Below are positions 48,894-59,156 of a stretch of 64,000 bases of DNA, piece after piece. The notes beneath the pieces were generated by a model that made no database searches, was not told where the DNA came from, and saw only the letters and a list, made by a program, of their open reading frames with translations. The position numbers were made by a program, and so were the translations under genes. The stretch lies in sequence record OQ790161.1, one strand, 5' to 3'. How positions within the stretch are numbered: the first letter of the stretch is position 1; each line of letters begins with the position of its first letter.

Positions 48894-51098
48894 ATGCACC
48901 ATTTCGTAAATCCTCCGGAGACCTACGTCCGGAAAGTTGATGTACAGAAAACCTACTTGGACGATGCCGCCCTCTTCGTTTCCAAGATGCGCAGGATCTC
49001 GTTGGAGCAAGCCCGGCAGTTCGTGCTGAACACGACCGCCCCCTCCGGCAGCTTGCCGATGAAAGACCCCAACACCATGGTTCTGGTCCGTCAGCCCAAT
49101 GGCGACCGGGAACAGCGACAGATGCGGTTCTCCGAATTCCTTCGTTCGGTTTACGATGGTCGGCAGATGCTCTCGCCTTCGATGACAGCGTATATCCATC
49201 CGGACGACAAGAAGTCGCTGCTGGCGATCTACATTGACAAGAACTTGGATCGACGCAAGAAAGCCAAGGCTGAGATGTTTGCAGCCAAGATGGCCGGCGA
49301 CGAGGCGATGGCCAACATCGGCAACTCCAAGCAGACCACGTTCAAGATCAAGAACAACTCCCTGTCCGGTGCGCACAGCTCGCCGTACACGATCCTGTGG
49401 AACAAGTCCAGCCACTCCACGCTGACCTCGACCTGTCGTGTGGCCACCTCGTATGGCAACACCAACAACGAGAAGTTCCTGTACGGCAACCGGCATTACT
49501 GGTGCCCGGACATCGCCCGCAACAACATCATCTCGATCATCAACCACACCGACCTGGAGAACATGGCGCGTGTGATGGCCAAGTTCGAACTGCAACCACC
49601 CACGGTCGCTGATACGATGGAGATGCTGCACCGGTGCTGTGACAACTACTGGCGCGATGCAGATGAAACCGAGAACCTGCACCAGTTGGTGCTGTCGCTG
49701 ACGGACGTGGAACGTGCCGCTGTGATGTTCACCTCGGACCTGTATCACCTGTCCAAGTCCAACGATGCATTCGTGCGTGAATTCCTGCGTCGCCTGTCCC
49801 ACCATCCGGCCCAACCACAATCGGTTGAAGAAGCCAAGGGTTGGATCAAGCGCATGGACGGTAACCTCGAAGCGTTCGTGTTCATGCTCTGCTCCAAAGA
49901 ACTGGCCGGCGGTACGCTTAAGGACGCCAACGGCGACAAGACCAACATCCCGCTGGATGTGGCCCGTCCGGAAGACTACGGTCGTCTGGGTGCTGCTGCC
50001 AAGAGCGTGATCGATACGCTGGACCATTACGAAGAGTTCATTCGCTGCTTCTGGGTGAGCAACAACCTGCCCGCCTCGATCTTCCATGCGCCGGGTATCC
50101 TGCGCCGATCGGCTGTGACCTCTGATACCGACTCGACCATCTTCACCGTCCAGCATTGGACGATTTGGTACCGTGGCCAATTGGACTTCACCAAGGAGTC
50201 TGAAGACATCGCCTCGACCACTGTGTATTTGGCCGGTCAGCTGATTCGCCACATCCTGGCCACCACCTCCGGTGCCATGGGCGTTGCCAAGCAGTACGTC
50301 AACAAGCTTTCGATGAAGAACGAATACTACTTCCCGGTATTCAGCCTGACCTCGAGAGCCAAGCACTATTACGCCTACCAAGCCGCGCAGGAAGGCAACG
50401 TGCTCAAAGAGCTGGAACTGGAGATCAAGGGCGTGGCCCTGCGTAACTCCAACATTCCACCTGACATTACCGGTAAGGCCCATGCACTGATTCGTCATGT
50501 CATGGACACCGTGATGGCCGGTAAGAAGCTCAATGCGTCCCAAGTCCTGCGTTATGTAGCCAAGGTCGAAGATGACATTCGACAGGGCGTGCTGAGCGGC
50601 TCCTACAGCCTGCTGGGCAAGATGCAGATCAAGGGCCGGGATGCATACAAGAATCCGGAGTCTTCCAACTTCCTCCACTACGACATGTGGGAATCGGTCT
50701 TTGCCGACACCTACGGTCATGCACCGCCTCCACCGTACGTGGCCGTCAAGGTCCCGGTCGATCTGGAGCGCAAGCAAGACATGGAGAAGTGGCTCAAGGG
50801 CATGGAGAACCAAGCCATTGCCGATCGTCTGCGTACGTGGCTGGAAGCCAACAACAAGACGACCATGGCCATCATGATGTTGCCTGAGCAGGTACTGGCA
50901 TTGACGGGTATCCCCAAGGAGATCGTCGCCGCTGTGGACATTCGCCCGCTGATCATTCAGACGGTCGAAGCGTTCTACCTGATCTTGGAGTCGCTGGGCA
51001 TCTTCATGAAGAACAAGGACCAAACCCGTCTGGTATCGGATGAGGAATGGTTACTGGCCGAAGATTGGCCGTTGGGTGAATTGCTGATTGCAAGCTAA
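48894..51098 (+). CDS. Family-B DNA polymerase subunit (phiKZ gp50-like, split polymerase)
   Basis: KIKNNSLSG (motif B-like), VTSDTDSTIF (motif C-like), IKGVAL. Confidence 0.85.
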   Translation: MHHFVNPPETYVRKVDVQKTYLDDAALFVSKMRRISLEQARQFVLNTTAPSGSLPMKDPNTMVLVRQPNGDREQRQMRFSEFLRSVYDGRQMLSPSMTAYIHPDDKKSLLAIYIDKNLDRRKKAKAEMFAAKMAGDEAMANIGNSKQTTFKIKNNSLSGAHSSPYTILWNKSSHSTLTSTCRVATSYGNTNNEKFLYGNRHYWCPDIARNNIISIINHTDLENMARVMAKFELQPPTVADTMEMLHRCCDNYWRDADETENLHQLVLSLTDVERAAVMFTSDLYHLSKSNDAFVREFLRRLSHHPAQPQSVEEAKGWIKRMDGNLEAFVFMLCSKELAGGTLKDANGDKTNIPLDVARPEDYGRLGAAAKSVIDTLDHYEEFIRCFWVSNNLPASIFHAPGILRRSAVTSDTDSTIFTVQHWTIWYRGQLDFTKESEDIASTTVYLAGQLIRHILATTSGAMGVAKQYVNKLSMKNEYYFPVFSLTSRAKHYYAYQAAQEGNVLKELELEIKGVALRNSNIPPDITGKAHALIRHVMDTVMAGKKLNASQVLRYVAKVEDDIRQGVLSGSYSLLGKMQIKGRDAYKNPESSNFLHYDMWESVFADTYGHAPPPPYVAVKVPVDLERKQDMEKWLKGMENQAIADRLRTWLEANNKTTMAIMMLPEQVLALTGIPKEIVAAVDIRPLIIQTVEAFYLILESLGIFMKNKDQTRLVSDEEWLLAEDWPLGELLIAS

Positions 51099-51110
51099 AC
51101 ATCGACTATC

Positions 51111-51155
51111 GGGCATAAGCCCTCCACCACTTCCTTAACCGGAGGTGGTGGAGGG
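51111..51155. terminator. Terminator between convergent genes
   Basis: GGGCATAAG-CCCTCCACCACTTCC-TTAACC-GGAGGTGGTGGAGGG. Confidence 0.7.
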
Positions 51156-51161
51156 TGCTGC

Positions 51162-52250
51162 TCAATCCAGATAGGGTCGAATGGCGTAATCGATGAGAAT
51201 GGTCAGGTCCTCATACAGATCAGAAGGCATCGAAGAACGCAAGACACTACTGCCTTCCATGTACTTCAGCCAACGCTTGATGTAGTTCAGGTATTGCTGA
51301 TTGCGTGAATTGTCCGTACTGCGATTGAACTGGACCAAGAAGGCCACCAGATTCACACGTGCCAACACGACACTCCATTGCAGCTGGGTGGAGAAGGGCA
51401 TCTCCGGGAGCCTTAGGACGTCGTGTAAATTCTCAGAGGAAACCGTAGGTATGTGAGACACCAACGTGTCAAAGTCCCACCGCTTGGGACCGGCTTGCTC
51501 CAGGAACTTATCAAGCACACGATCTACCTCCGCCGACCAGTCGGTCAGGTAGAACGGATGACGATAGGGATCCACAACCGGTCGGGTGCCGAAGTAACGG
51601 CCCATCAAGCGATTGAGGATGGCGATGTCGATTTGGCTGTCAAGCATGTTGGGCAGCGGATACGCTTGCAGGAAGTGACCGGGGGTCCGCACGGACTCAT
51701 CCAGACCACCGTACTTCAAGCGCCACATCCGGTACTGACTGGCCAGCATGGGAACATTGATCGAAATCACTGTCACACCGGGGGTAGCAGACGCGAACTG
51801 CCCATCGGCCACCGGCAGCTTGAGGGTACTCATGGGATGCCAGAGATAACGAATCGGGGCCAGCTCCTCCCAATTCTTAATCCCAGCTTCCACGTCCCAC
51901 GTATCGGTGTTGGCGACGTAGACCTCCGTTGACTGCTTGCCCAAGAAGTCACCGGGGCGAAACACCCGCCCTTTAGAAAGAGCAGAGTTCATTCCCAGGC
52001 TTTGCGTGAACAGTAGCGCGATGTCAGCGATCTTGTCATTGTAGGTAACCGCATCGAGCTTTTGGCTCACGGGGATGCTGCCCAACAGGCGCAGCAAGAA
52101 ATGCCCACCCTTGAGCATTCGAGGATTGATGCGGCGGTACTGCTTGATTCGGTCGATCGACAGCTGCAGTCCATCTCGGATCCTGCGGAAGTCGGGGAAG
52201 ATCAATCCCCCACCGTAATGGAGGGGAGACTCCTGCAACAGATGATACAT
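51162..52250 (-). CDS. Conserved core protein (phiKZ gp52-like position, 362 aa)
   Basis: GGAGG RBS before MYHLL; opposite strand between the polymerase and chmA. Confidence 0.62.
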   Translation of the reverse strand: MYHLLQESPLHYGGGLIFPDFRRIRDGLQLSIDRIKQYRRINPRMLKGGHFLLRLLGSIPVSQKLDAVTYNDKIADIALLFTQSLGMNSALSKGRVFRPGDFLGKQSTEVYVANTDTWDVEAGIKNWEELAPIRYLWHPMSTLKLPVADGQFASATPGVTVISINVPMLASQYRMWRLKYGGLDESVRTPGHFLQAYPLPNMLDSQIDIAILNRLMGRYFGTRPVVDPYRHPFYLTDWSAEVDRVLDKFLEQAGPKRWDFDTLVSHIPTVSSENLHDVLRLPEMPFSTQLQWSVVLARVNLVAFLVQFNRSTDNSRNQQYLNYIKRWLKYMEGSSVLRSSMPSDLYEDLTILIDYAIRPYLD

Positions 52251-52555
52251 GTCGCCTCCGGGCGGTGGTGTTATCGGTGCGGGGTAAAAGGGCCATATAA
52301 TTCGGGTCTTAGAGGAGCTTACGTTTTTCTTTACCGAAAAGTGCTCTATCATGTAGGGAATACGCTTCCCAGACATCCACCGCAACTGGATGTCGAAAAC
52401 GTCGAGGTATATTATCGACGGGCGTAAATAGAATAGGATTCAAAGAAATTTGGAAACTAAACTATACCCTTGACATTAGTAACGAGCCATCGATACTGGT
52501 GTTCGCGCGAACTACCCATAGAAAAATCCGTCCAATCGAAACAGAGGAATACGCA

Positions 52556-54496
52556 ATGTCCATGTCCCGTCCCGGCGACAACAACGGCAATGACAAGAAC
52601 CAGCAGGGCACCCCGAAGAGCGGCGTGTTCAGCGATTCGTTCAACCAGACCGGCAACTCGCAGAACGCCGGCGCTGCCCAGGGCAGCTCCAACACCAACC
52701 GCACCGGTGGCTCGCCGCGTGGCGTGAACCGCATCCTGTCCCAGCGCACCGGCATGGGCCGCAAGCGTCCGGCCGCCGACATCAAGGCGATGCAGGAAGC
52801 CCTGAGCCTGGAACTGGACGCGTTCAACAACAACGCCGCCCTGCCCGAAGCGCAGGACTTCAAGCTGATCATGGCGGACCGCAACCGCCTGAACAAGAAG
52901 GTCGACGCGCTGATCTGCGTGCTGCCGGTCAACCACGAAGGCTCCATCCACGCCGTCATCCACACCCTGCTGCTGGAAGACGCCAACGACGCCTACGAGC
53001 CGACCACCCTGCAGGTCGCCGGCAAGCAGTACCGCTACACCACCGCGGTGGGCGACGTCTACACCCCGGAGTTCTGGGCAACCATCGTGGACGTGGTCAC
53101 CGAGCAGAGCGGCCTGAAGGTCATCCCGTACGACGCCGGTCACCAGACCATCCCGGCTGAAGCGGACATCAAGGACAAGGACGCGATCCACAAGTTCGCC
53201 TTCTTCGCCAGCGAAGCGCTGACCCGCAACGCGCTGAGCCAGATCCTGAAGACCACCGCCGACGTGATCTCCCTGACCGACCTGGGCGACAGCGTCAACA
53301 CCACCGCCGTGATCGACTTCCGTACCGTCGACGACCAGACCGCCTCCGGCCTGCCGCTCGCCAGCGATTACGAAGTGAAGCTGCGTTACAGCGACGTGGC
53401 CGGCGGCCAGGGCACCAACCAGAGCGGCAAGGCGTTCGAGCTCGGCAGCCAGATCCCGCTGGGTGGCGCGACCGGCATCATCGACCTGTCCTACTCGCCG
53501 CCGCCGCAGGCCGGCTTCGGTCAGCAGCAGCAGACCCAGCACTACTGGGCCCGTACCGTGCTGACCCGCCTGGACACCGACCAGGACGTGATCACGCCGG
53601 AACTGCAGGGCCTGTCCCTGCTGGCTGCCACCCTGATCGGCCGCAACCTGAACTGGGCGCGCACCTGGTCGCCGCAGTTCCGCAGCCAGGACGATGTGCT
53701 CAACGACATCGGCGCCATCGGCTACGAACTGCCGGGTCCGGACGGCCAGCCGTACGGTCGCATCCCGACCAACACGGCGTCCTTCGACGACGCGGCGCTG
53801 GCGAAGCTGGTCATGACGGCCATCCACGACCGTCCGATCATCTCGCTGGACATCGAAGAGTCGGGTGAGCTGACCTGGCTGAACCGCGTGCTGCTGGACG
53901 CAGCCAACGGTTCGCAGGAAGCCGAGCAGGCCATCATCGACACGTTCGACAACCTGACCGGCGGCAACTTCAGCAAGCTGTGGACCGGCGGCCGTCTGGT
54001 CGAAGACGACAACAACCGCATCCACCTGGGTTACTTCATCGCCGATGACCTGGGCACCCGTCGTGACATCCGCAACCTGCGCTACCTGCAGGTGCTGAAC
54101 CGTTACGCCGAGCAGGATCCGCAGATGATCGTCAAGTGGCAGGACACCTTCGACAACCAGGACCTGGACCCGGAAGTCCGCCTGGCCGAGCGTGAAGACC
54201 TGATCCGCAAGATCCTGGGCCCGACCGTCCGCATCACCGGCTACGCCCGTCGCGTGTCGTTCAACCCGGACTTCCTGAACTGCGCGCTGGAAGCGGCAGC
54301 GATGGCCGGTCTGCGCATCCGTCCGGAAAACACCCTGATCGGCTTCGGCCAGACCGTCTCGCGCGGTCGCGCCGACATGTCCTCGCTGGCCTTCGGTGGC
54401 CAGGGTGGTCGTGGTGTGTTCGTGCACGGCGGCAACAACAACGCCGGCCGCTCGTTCGCACGTCCGTTCACCGGCCGTGGTCCGTTCCTGCGCTAA
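52556..54496 (+). CDS. chmA: Chimallin, phage nuclear shell protein (646 aa)
   Basis: Segments align by eye with 201phi2-1 gp105 (WART..NDIGAIG, ASFDDAALAKL, IHLGYF..RRDIRNL, ITGYARRVSFNPDFL..AGLRI); disordered N-terminus; directly upstream of nvRNAP beta'; extreme codon bias. Confidence 0.92.
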   Translation: MSMSRPGDNNGNDKNQQGTPKSGVFSDSFNQTGNSQNAGAAQGSSNTNRTGGSPRGVNRILSQRTGMGRKRPAADIKAMQEALSLELDAFNNNAALPEAQDFKLIMADRNRLNKKVDALICVLPVNHEGSIHAVIHTLLLEDANDAYEPTTLQVAGKQYRYTTAVGDVYTPEFWATIVDVVTEQSGLKVIPYDAGHQTIPAEADIKDKDAIHKFAFFASEALTRNALSQILKTTADVISLTDLGDSVNTTAVIDFRTVDDQTASGLPLASDYEVKLRYSDVAGGQGTNQSGKAFELGSQIPLGGATGIIDLSYSPPPQAGFGQQQQTQHYWARTVLTRLDTDQDVITPELQGLSLLAATLIGRNLNWARTWSPQFRSQDDVLNDIGAIGYELPGPDGQPYGRIPTNTASFDDAALAKLVMTAIHDRPIISLDIEESGELTWLNRVLLDAANGSQEAEQAIIDTFDNLTGGNFSKLWTGGRLVEDDNNRIHLGYFIADDLGTRRDIRNLRYLQVLNRYAEQDPQMIVKWQDTFDNQDLDPEVRLAEREDLIRKILGPTVRITGYARRVSFNPDFLNCALEAAAMAGLRIRPENTLIGFGQTVSRGRADMSSLAFGGQGGRGVFVHGGNNNAGRSFARPFTGRGPFLR

Positions 54497-54537
54497 GCCA
54501 TCGACGTGAGTCGATAGCTGCAGGATAGCAACTGTGA

Positions 54538-54572
54538 GAAAGGCCGCCCTTCGGGGCGGCCTTTCTTTTTGC
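54538..54572 (+). terminator. Intrinsic terminator after chmA
   Basis: GAAAGGCCGCCC-TTCG-GGGCGGCCTTTC-TTTTTGCCG. Confidence 0.8.
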
Positions 54573-54726
54573 CGTCTACGTGTAAAAAGCAACACAGAAC
54601 AGCTATGAAATGATCCGGTGTTTTGCTGAGCTGCCACCGGAGAGAACGAATCGAAGGCTCAGTGCAGAAAGGGGATGAACTATCAACGCACTACTTTCAT
54701 TTGACCCCGAGTCGATTGATCCCCCG

Positions 54727-56211
54727 TTGCGTGCTCGCAAGCGCGACGGGATTGACAAGTGTCGCAAGTTCGATGGCATTGCGATGCGACTGGTGGACCT
54801 GAACCGGGATTTCGAAACGGCCAGCAATCCGCCGGTGATCGTCAACTCCTTCAACGTGAACACCGTCGAAGACAAGCAGCTGCTGGATCGGATGATCTAC
54901 ACCTACTACGAAGGCGATAGCCTGAATGTGGTGCCGACCTGCGACTGTGGCAAAACCAAGGGCGCTGGCAAGATCGGCAGCCGTTGTCCCAAGTGCAACG
55001 GTGAAGTCCGTCCGGTCAGTGAGCAACCGCTGGAGCCGCTGCTGTGGCTGGCTCCGCCTGACGGTGTCAAGACCTTCATCAACCCCCAAGCGTGGACCAT
55101 GTTGTCCAAGGCTCTCTCGCATGGTGGGGTGAACGGTCTGGCCTGGCTGTGTGATCCTTACATGCCAGTGGGTAACGAACCCCATCGTGAGATCCGTCGT
55201 CTGATGGATCTGGGTATCGAACGTGGGATCAACAACTTCTACGACAATTTCGATGAGATCATCGAGATGCTGTTCAATGCCGGGGTGATCTCGGGCACCA
55301 GCCGTCGTCAACGCGAAGATCTCTACCAGTTCATCAAGCTCAACCGCGATCGCATCTTCACCCGCCACCTGCCGATCCCCTCGCGCATGGGGTTTGTGAC
55401 CGAGCGGTCGATTACCGGTTCGTTTGCTGATACCACGATGAAGACAGCGATCGAGGCCATTCGCACGATCTCGGCCACCGTCCATTCGCTGATCCCGCTG
55501 GACATCAAGCGACTGCAGTCGCGTACGGTAAAGGCCAACGAGTATCTGGCCGTTTACCATCAGGAGTACATGTCCGCAACGCTGACGTCCAAGCGTGGCT
55601 GGCTGCGTAAGAACGTCTTCGGTTCTCCGCTGTACTTCACCTTCCGTGCCGTGATCTCCTCGCTGTCGGAGCGCCACGAGTACGATGAGTTGCACCTGCC
55701 GTGGGGTGTGGCGGTCTCGACCTACGAGGTCCACCTCACTTCCAAGATGTTCCGCCTGAACAATCCGGATACCGGCCGGCCGTTTACTCCCAACGAAATC
55801 AAGAAGCACTTGCGCGAGCACACGCTGCGTTACAGTCCGCTGATTGATCAGTTGTTCAAGGAGCTGATCGCCGAATCCCCGCACAAGGGACTGCCGGTCC
55901 TGTTCAACCGCAATCCGTCACTGGACCGCGGTTCGATCCAGGAATTCTTCGTCACCAAGATCAATCCGGATCCGAAGATCAACGCCGTGGCCATGTCGGT
56001 CCTGACGCTGAAGGCGCCCAACGCCGACTTCGATGGCGATGCACTGAACGGCACCCCGCTGTTGTCCAACCGCTTGGAGCGTGCATTCAACGTGCTTGCT
56101 CCGCACCAAGGCGTCTTGGATCTGGACCGCCCACGTTCCATGTCCAGAAACCAAGCGATGCCGCCACCGGTGGCAAGTACCATCGCCAACTGGCTGCACG
56201 GTGGCAAGTAG
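54727..56211 (+). CDS. Non-virion RNA polymerase beta' subunit (phiKZ gp55-like), intron-less
   Basis: Zn finger CDCG..CPKC, NRNPSL, intact NADFDGD; exact start uncertain. Confidence 0.9.
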   Translation: MRARKRDGIDKCRKFDGIAMRLVDLNRDFETASNPPVIVNSFNVNTVEDKQLLDRMIYTYYEGDSLNVVPTCDCGKTKGAGKIGSRCPKCNGEVRPVSEQPLEPLLWLAPPDGVKTFINPQAWTMLSKALSHGGVNGLAWLCDPYMPVGNEPHREIRRLMDLGIERGINNFYDNFDEIIEMLFNAGVISGTSRRQREDLYQFIKLNRDRIFTRHLPIPSRMGFVTERSITGSFADTTMKTAIEAIRTISATVHSLIPLDIKRLQSRTVKANEYLAVYHQEYMSATLTSKRGWLRKNVFGSPLYFTFRAVISSLSERHEYDELHLPWGVAVSTYEVHLTSKMFRLNNPDTGRPFTPNEIKKHLREHTLRYSPLIDQLFKELIAESPHKGLPVLFNRNPSLDRGSIQEFFVTKINPDPKINAVAMSVLTLKAPNADFDGDALNGTPLLSNRLERAFNVLAPHQGVLDLDRPRSMSRNQAMPPPVASTIANWLHGGK

Positions 56212-56262
56212 TGAAGGGGCCCTTCGGGGCCTCTTGTTTTCCCTTACCTCAAGAGACACCCA

Positions 56263-56583
56263 ATGTCCGAGAACAAAGACTACAGCCGCATCCTTGCGTT
56301 GGCACTGACTCAGGTCTTGCCGATTGCCAAGCGCGCGGTGGAGGCGGATAACGCCAAGGCTGAAGCCACCGAAGAAGCCATCGCGGCCATCGTTGGTGAT
56401 GATGTCGAATCGGATGCTCAGCTGATTGAAATCAGCGCCGGCTACACGGCCGTCAATCTGGATGAAGTTCGCATCCACCGGGGCGAAGAAGCCCTGCGGC
56501 AGTTCAATACCACCGACAAGTCCGTCGTTGGTCTGGGCGAAAGCGCCCTGGATGGCGAGTTCAACATCGAGTTCGAGCTCTAA
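56263..56583 (+). CDS. Paralog array member 1 (106 aa)
   Basis: LALALTQVLPIA ... LDGEFNIEFEL. Confidence 0.75.
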   Translation: MSENKDYSRILALALTQVLPIAKRAVEADNAKAEATEEAIAAIVGDDVESDAQLIEISAGYTAVNLDEVRIHRGEEALRQFNTTDKSVVGLGESALDGEFNIEFEL

Positions 56584-56646
56584 GTCCTGTTCCACGTAAG
56601 GGTTCTACGGAACCAACCCTTTTTTCTTCCGCAATCGAGAATACTG

Positions 56647-56979
56647 ATGACCCAGAAGACCGATACCGAATTCGCCCGTGCACTGGCCCTGTCGCTGACC
56701 CAGGTCCTGCCCATCGCCAAGCGTGCCGCCCAGGCCGATGGCGTGGCCAACGCCAATGCCAACCTGACGCATCTCAATGACGTCAGCGCCAACGGCGAAT
56801 CGGATGCGTCCAACATCAAGAAGGCTCAGCTGGACAAGGACGTGGCCGCCCACCACGCCGACACCAAGCGCCTGCAGCGTGCCAGCCACCTGCTCGAGCA
56901 GTTCGACCAGACCGAGCAGCACATCCGTGAGCTGCCCGAAGACCACTTCGACGGCACCTTCGAAGTCAAGTTCGACTAA
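56647..56979 (+). CDS. Paralog array member 2 (110 aa)
   Basis: LALSLTQVLPIA ... FDGTFEVKFD. Confidence 0.78.
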   Translation: MTQKTDTEFARALALSLTQVLPIAKRAAQADGVANANANLTHLNDVSANGESDASNIKKAQLDKDVAAHHADTKRLQRASHLLEQFDQTEQHIRELPEDHFDGTFEVKFD

Positions 56980-57043
56980 GCGCCGGCATAAGCGGAGGGT
57001 CTTCGGACCCTCCGCTCCTGTGCCCCCAATCGGATTTTTCTTT

Positions 57044-57553
57044 ATGTCCACCAGCCCCTACCCCAAGATTCCCAGCCTGAGGCTATTGACCGGCGGTCTT
57101 CGCACCACGTTCAAGCCGATGCTCTCCAGTAACCCCGATCCTGAACTCCTCGTTAAGGTGCGAGTGGGACTGCAAGGGGACATCGTGACCCATGGCTACC
57201 ACATCGGCCTGCACGATGCGTTCGTCCAGAACAACCTGGATCTCACCGAGCAGGACTTCAATCACATCACCAAGATGTACTGGTTGCGCATCCGTACCCG
57301 TTTGGAGATGGAGGCATTTGCCAGACGTAGCAACTTGTGGTGGGTGTCGATCGGGCTGAAGTTGCGCCCGGATGCCATCAACTACGCCATGACGAATCAG
57401 ATAAGCCCGTGGCAACACATGGCTAACGGGGATGTGCCTGAAGATGAACTCTATCTTGAAGTGATGCGTGGTCCGGACGAATTCGTTGCCTACGCGATGG
57501 ATCATTACACCAAGCCACTTCCGCCCCTTACCTTGGTGCCGACACCCGGTTGA
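57044..57553 (+). CDS. Hypothetical protein interrupting the array (169 aa)
   Basis: ORF without the family motif. Confidence 0.6.
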   Translation: MSTSPYPKIPSLRLLTGGLRTTFKPMLSSNPDPELLVKVRVGLQGDIVTHGYHIGLHDAFVQNNLDLTEQDFNHITKMYWLRIRTRLEMEAFARRSNLWWVSIGLKLRPDAINYAMTNQISPWQHMANGDVPEDELYLEVMRGPDEFVAYAMDHYTKPLPPLTLVPTPG

Positions 57554-57567
57554 ACTAGGAGAACAAG

Positions 57568-58140
57568 ATGGACCAGTTTCTGTTGAAAACCCCTGACCCC
57601 TATCTTCGCCAAGGTGCGCTGGCCACCACCGACACGCGCGGTGATCGGGTCAAGATCAGTTTCGAGGTGGGTGGGGATTTCGTCTTCACTCATGTCCGCC
57701 CACCTTACGCCAACATCAGTCCCGCTCAAGTGGAAGAGAAAGTGGACCACGTGATCGCCAACGGTGAATCCTTGCGTGGAGTGATGGATGATTACCAGCG
57801 CGTGGAGAACTTCTCACAGGCGGTCAAGGAAACCTTGGCACCCTTGCGCGAAGAGGTCCGCGAAGCCACTTCCCGCACTGTCGAGCTGGATAACCTCACC
57901 CAGTTCTTGGGCGTGAGCCTACGTGGCGTGCTCCCCTTTGCCATTGAGAGCGTCGCACAGCGCCGCTATCAGGCAGAGGTGAATGAAGACCCCGATGCCA
58001 TGGTCAGTGCCGTCAAGGCCCACCAGCTCATCGACAGGGCCGAGGCGGCGCTTGTGGCGCTGCGTGAGACTGACCTCAACATCGACGACAAGTCCGATGA
58101 TGAGCTGGACGGTGAGTTCACCATCTTCTTTGAGGACTAG
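57568..58140 (+). CDS. Paralog array member 3 (190 aa)
   Basis: LGVSLRGVLPFA ... LDGEFTIFFED. Confidence 0.75.
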   Translation: MDQFLLKTPDPYLRQGALATTDTRGDRVKISFEVGGDFVFTHVRPPYANISPAQVEEKVDHVIANGESLRGVMDDYQRVENFSQAVKETLAPLREEVREATSRTVELDNLTQFLGVSLRGVLPFAIESVAQRRYQAEVNEDPDAMVSAVKAHQLIDRAEAALVALRETDLNIDDKSDDELDGEFTIFFED

Positions 58141-58144
58141 ACCC

Positions 58145-58615
58145 ATGTCCTACGATCCGCTGGAAAACTCACCCGCGTTGCAAACCTCCCACAAACAGTT
58201 CATGACCGCCACTGGACTTCAACAGAAGCTGTCTTTGGGCGATCGGATCATGGACTTGGTTTCGGCTGGGTTTGAGGACTGTGCCCCGGATCGGATGGAG
58301 GCTACCACCGGCTATGTGATGGTACCGGTGGCGCGTTTGGAGAGTCTGGGCATACAGATCCATGAAGAGCGCAAGCTGACTCAGTTCCTTGGAGTGGCCT
58401 TGCGTGAGGTCGTGCCCTGGGCGGGTAACGAACTCGGTACCCTCATTGAAGGTCAGGTCACTGAACAGGATCAGGCCTTAGTGAAGGAAGCACAGCAAGC
58501 AGTCACCCGCGCTGAAACGGCACTGGCTGCATTGCGCCAAACAACCTTGTTCATCGACAACACGCCCGCCAACGCGTTCGACGATGAGTTCCGAGTTACT
58601 TTTGAGGAGGAGTGA
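58145..58615 (+). CDS. Paralog array member 4 (156 aa)
   Basis: LGVALREVVPWA ... FDDEFRVTFEEE. Confidence 0.75.
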   Translation: MSYDPLENSPALQTSHKQFMTATGLQQKLSLGDRIMDLVSAGFEDCAPDRMEATTGYVMVPVARLESLGIQIHEERKLTQFLGVALREVVPWAGNELGTLIEGQVTEQDQALVKEAQQAVTRAETALAALRQTTLFIDNTPANAFDDEFRVTFEEE

Positions 58616-59154
58616 TGGACATCGATAAACAAATGGCTGCCCGCGTTTGCACGCTGGTAGCTGAAGGAGTCAGTCCGGACGTGGCCGCACTGCAAGTGAT
58701 TGGCGACGTCAATCATCCGGCCGTCAACGTGATCGAACAGCTCCAACGCACCGAAGGGCTGGATTACTCCCGCACCATCTTGAAGGTTGCCGCCAAGGGA
58801 CTGGAAGGACATCGGCTTGCCCCGGAGCCGGACTACCTCGGCTTTGACTTGGATAGCGTCCAAGAAACCCTGAGCCAGGTCTCCCGTCAGCTGGACACAG
58901 AGCGTGACCTCACTTGCGCACTGGGTGTGGCCCTGCGACAGGTACTGCCTCATGCCGAGCAGGAAGTGAACTCACTCGAAGACGATGCCGACTGCGATCG
59001 CGACAGCGGTACGGCAGAAATAGCTGCTGAAGGTCGCCGCTCCCTCCAACGCGCACGCATCGTCCTGAAGAAGCTCGACCAGACCCACCTGTCGGTACGC
59101 GACTTTAAGGACGATCATTTCGATGAGTCCTTCAACATCAAGTTCGAGGACTGA
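58615..59154 (+). CDS. Paralog array member 5 (179 aa)
   Basis: LGVALRQVLPHA ... FDESFNIKFED. Confidence 0.75.
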   Translation: MDIDKQMAARVCTLVAEGVSPDVAALQVIGDVNHPAVNVIEQLQRTEGLDYSRTILKVAAKGLEGHRLAPEPDYLGFDLDSVQETLSQVSRQLDTERDLTCALGVALRQVLPHAEQEVNSLEDDADCDRDSGTAEIAAEGRRSLQRARIVLKKLDQTHLSVRDFKDDHFDESFNIKFED

Positions 59155-59156
59155 AC

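Noticed and set aside
8605-54637. Other long antisense ORFs (8605..11049, 27019..29658, 29698..31545, 48825..51023, 52457..54637)
   Set aside because: Shadows of real genes, with no RBS or recognisable motifs
54675-54726. Possible longer N-terminus of nvRNAP beta' if one A is removed after ATG 54675
   Set aside because: Plausible, but homologs as I recall begin near GIAMRLVD, so it cannot be supported without reads or alignments
54727-56211. Intron in nvRNAP beta'
   Set aside because: ORF is continuous and NADFDGD is intact
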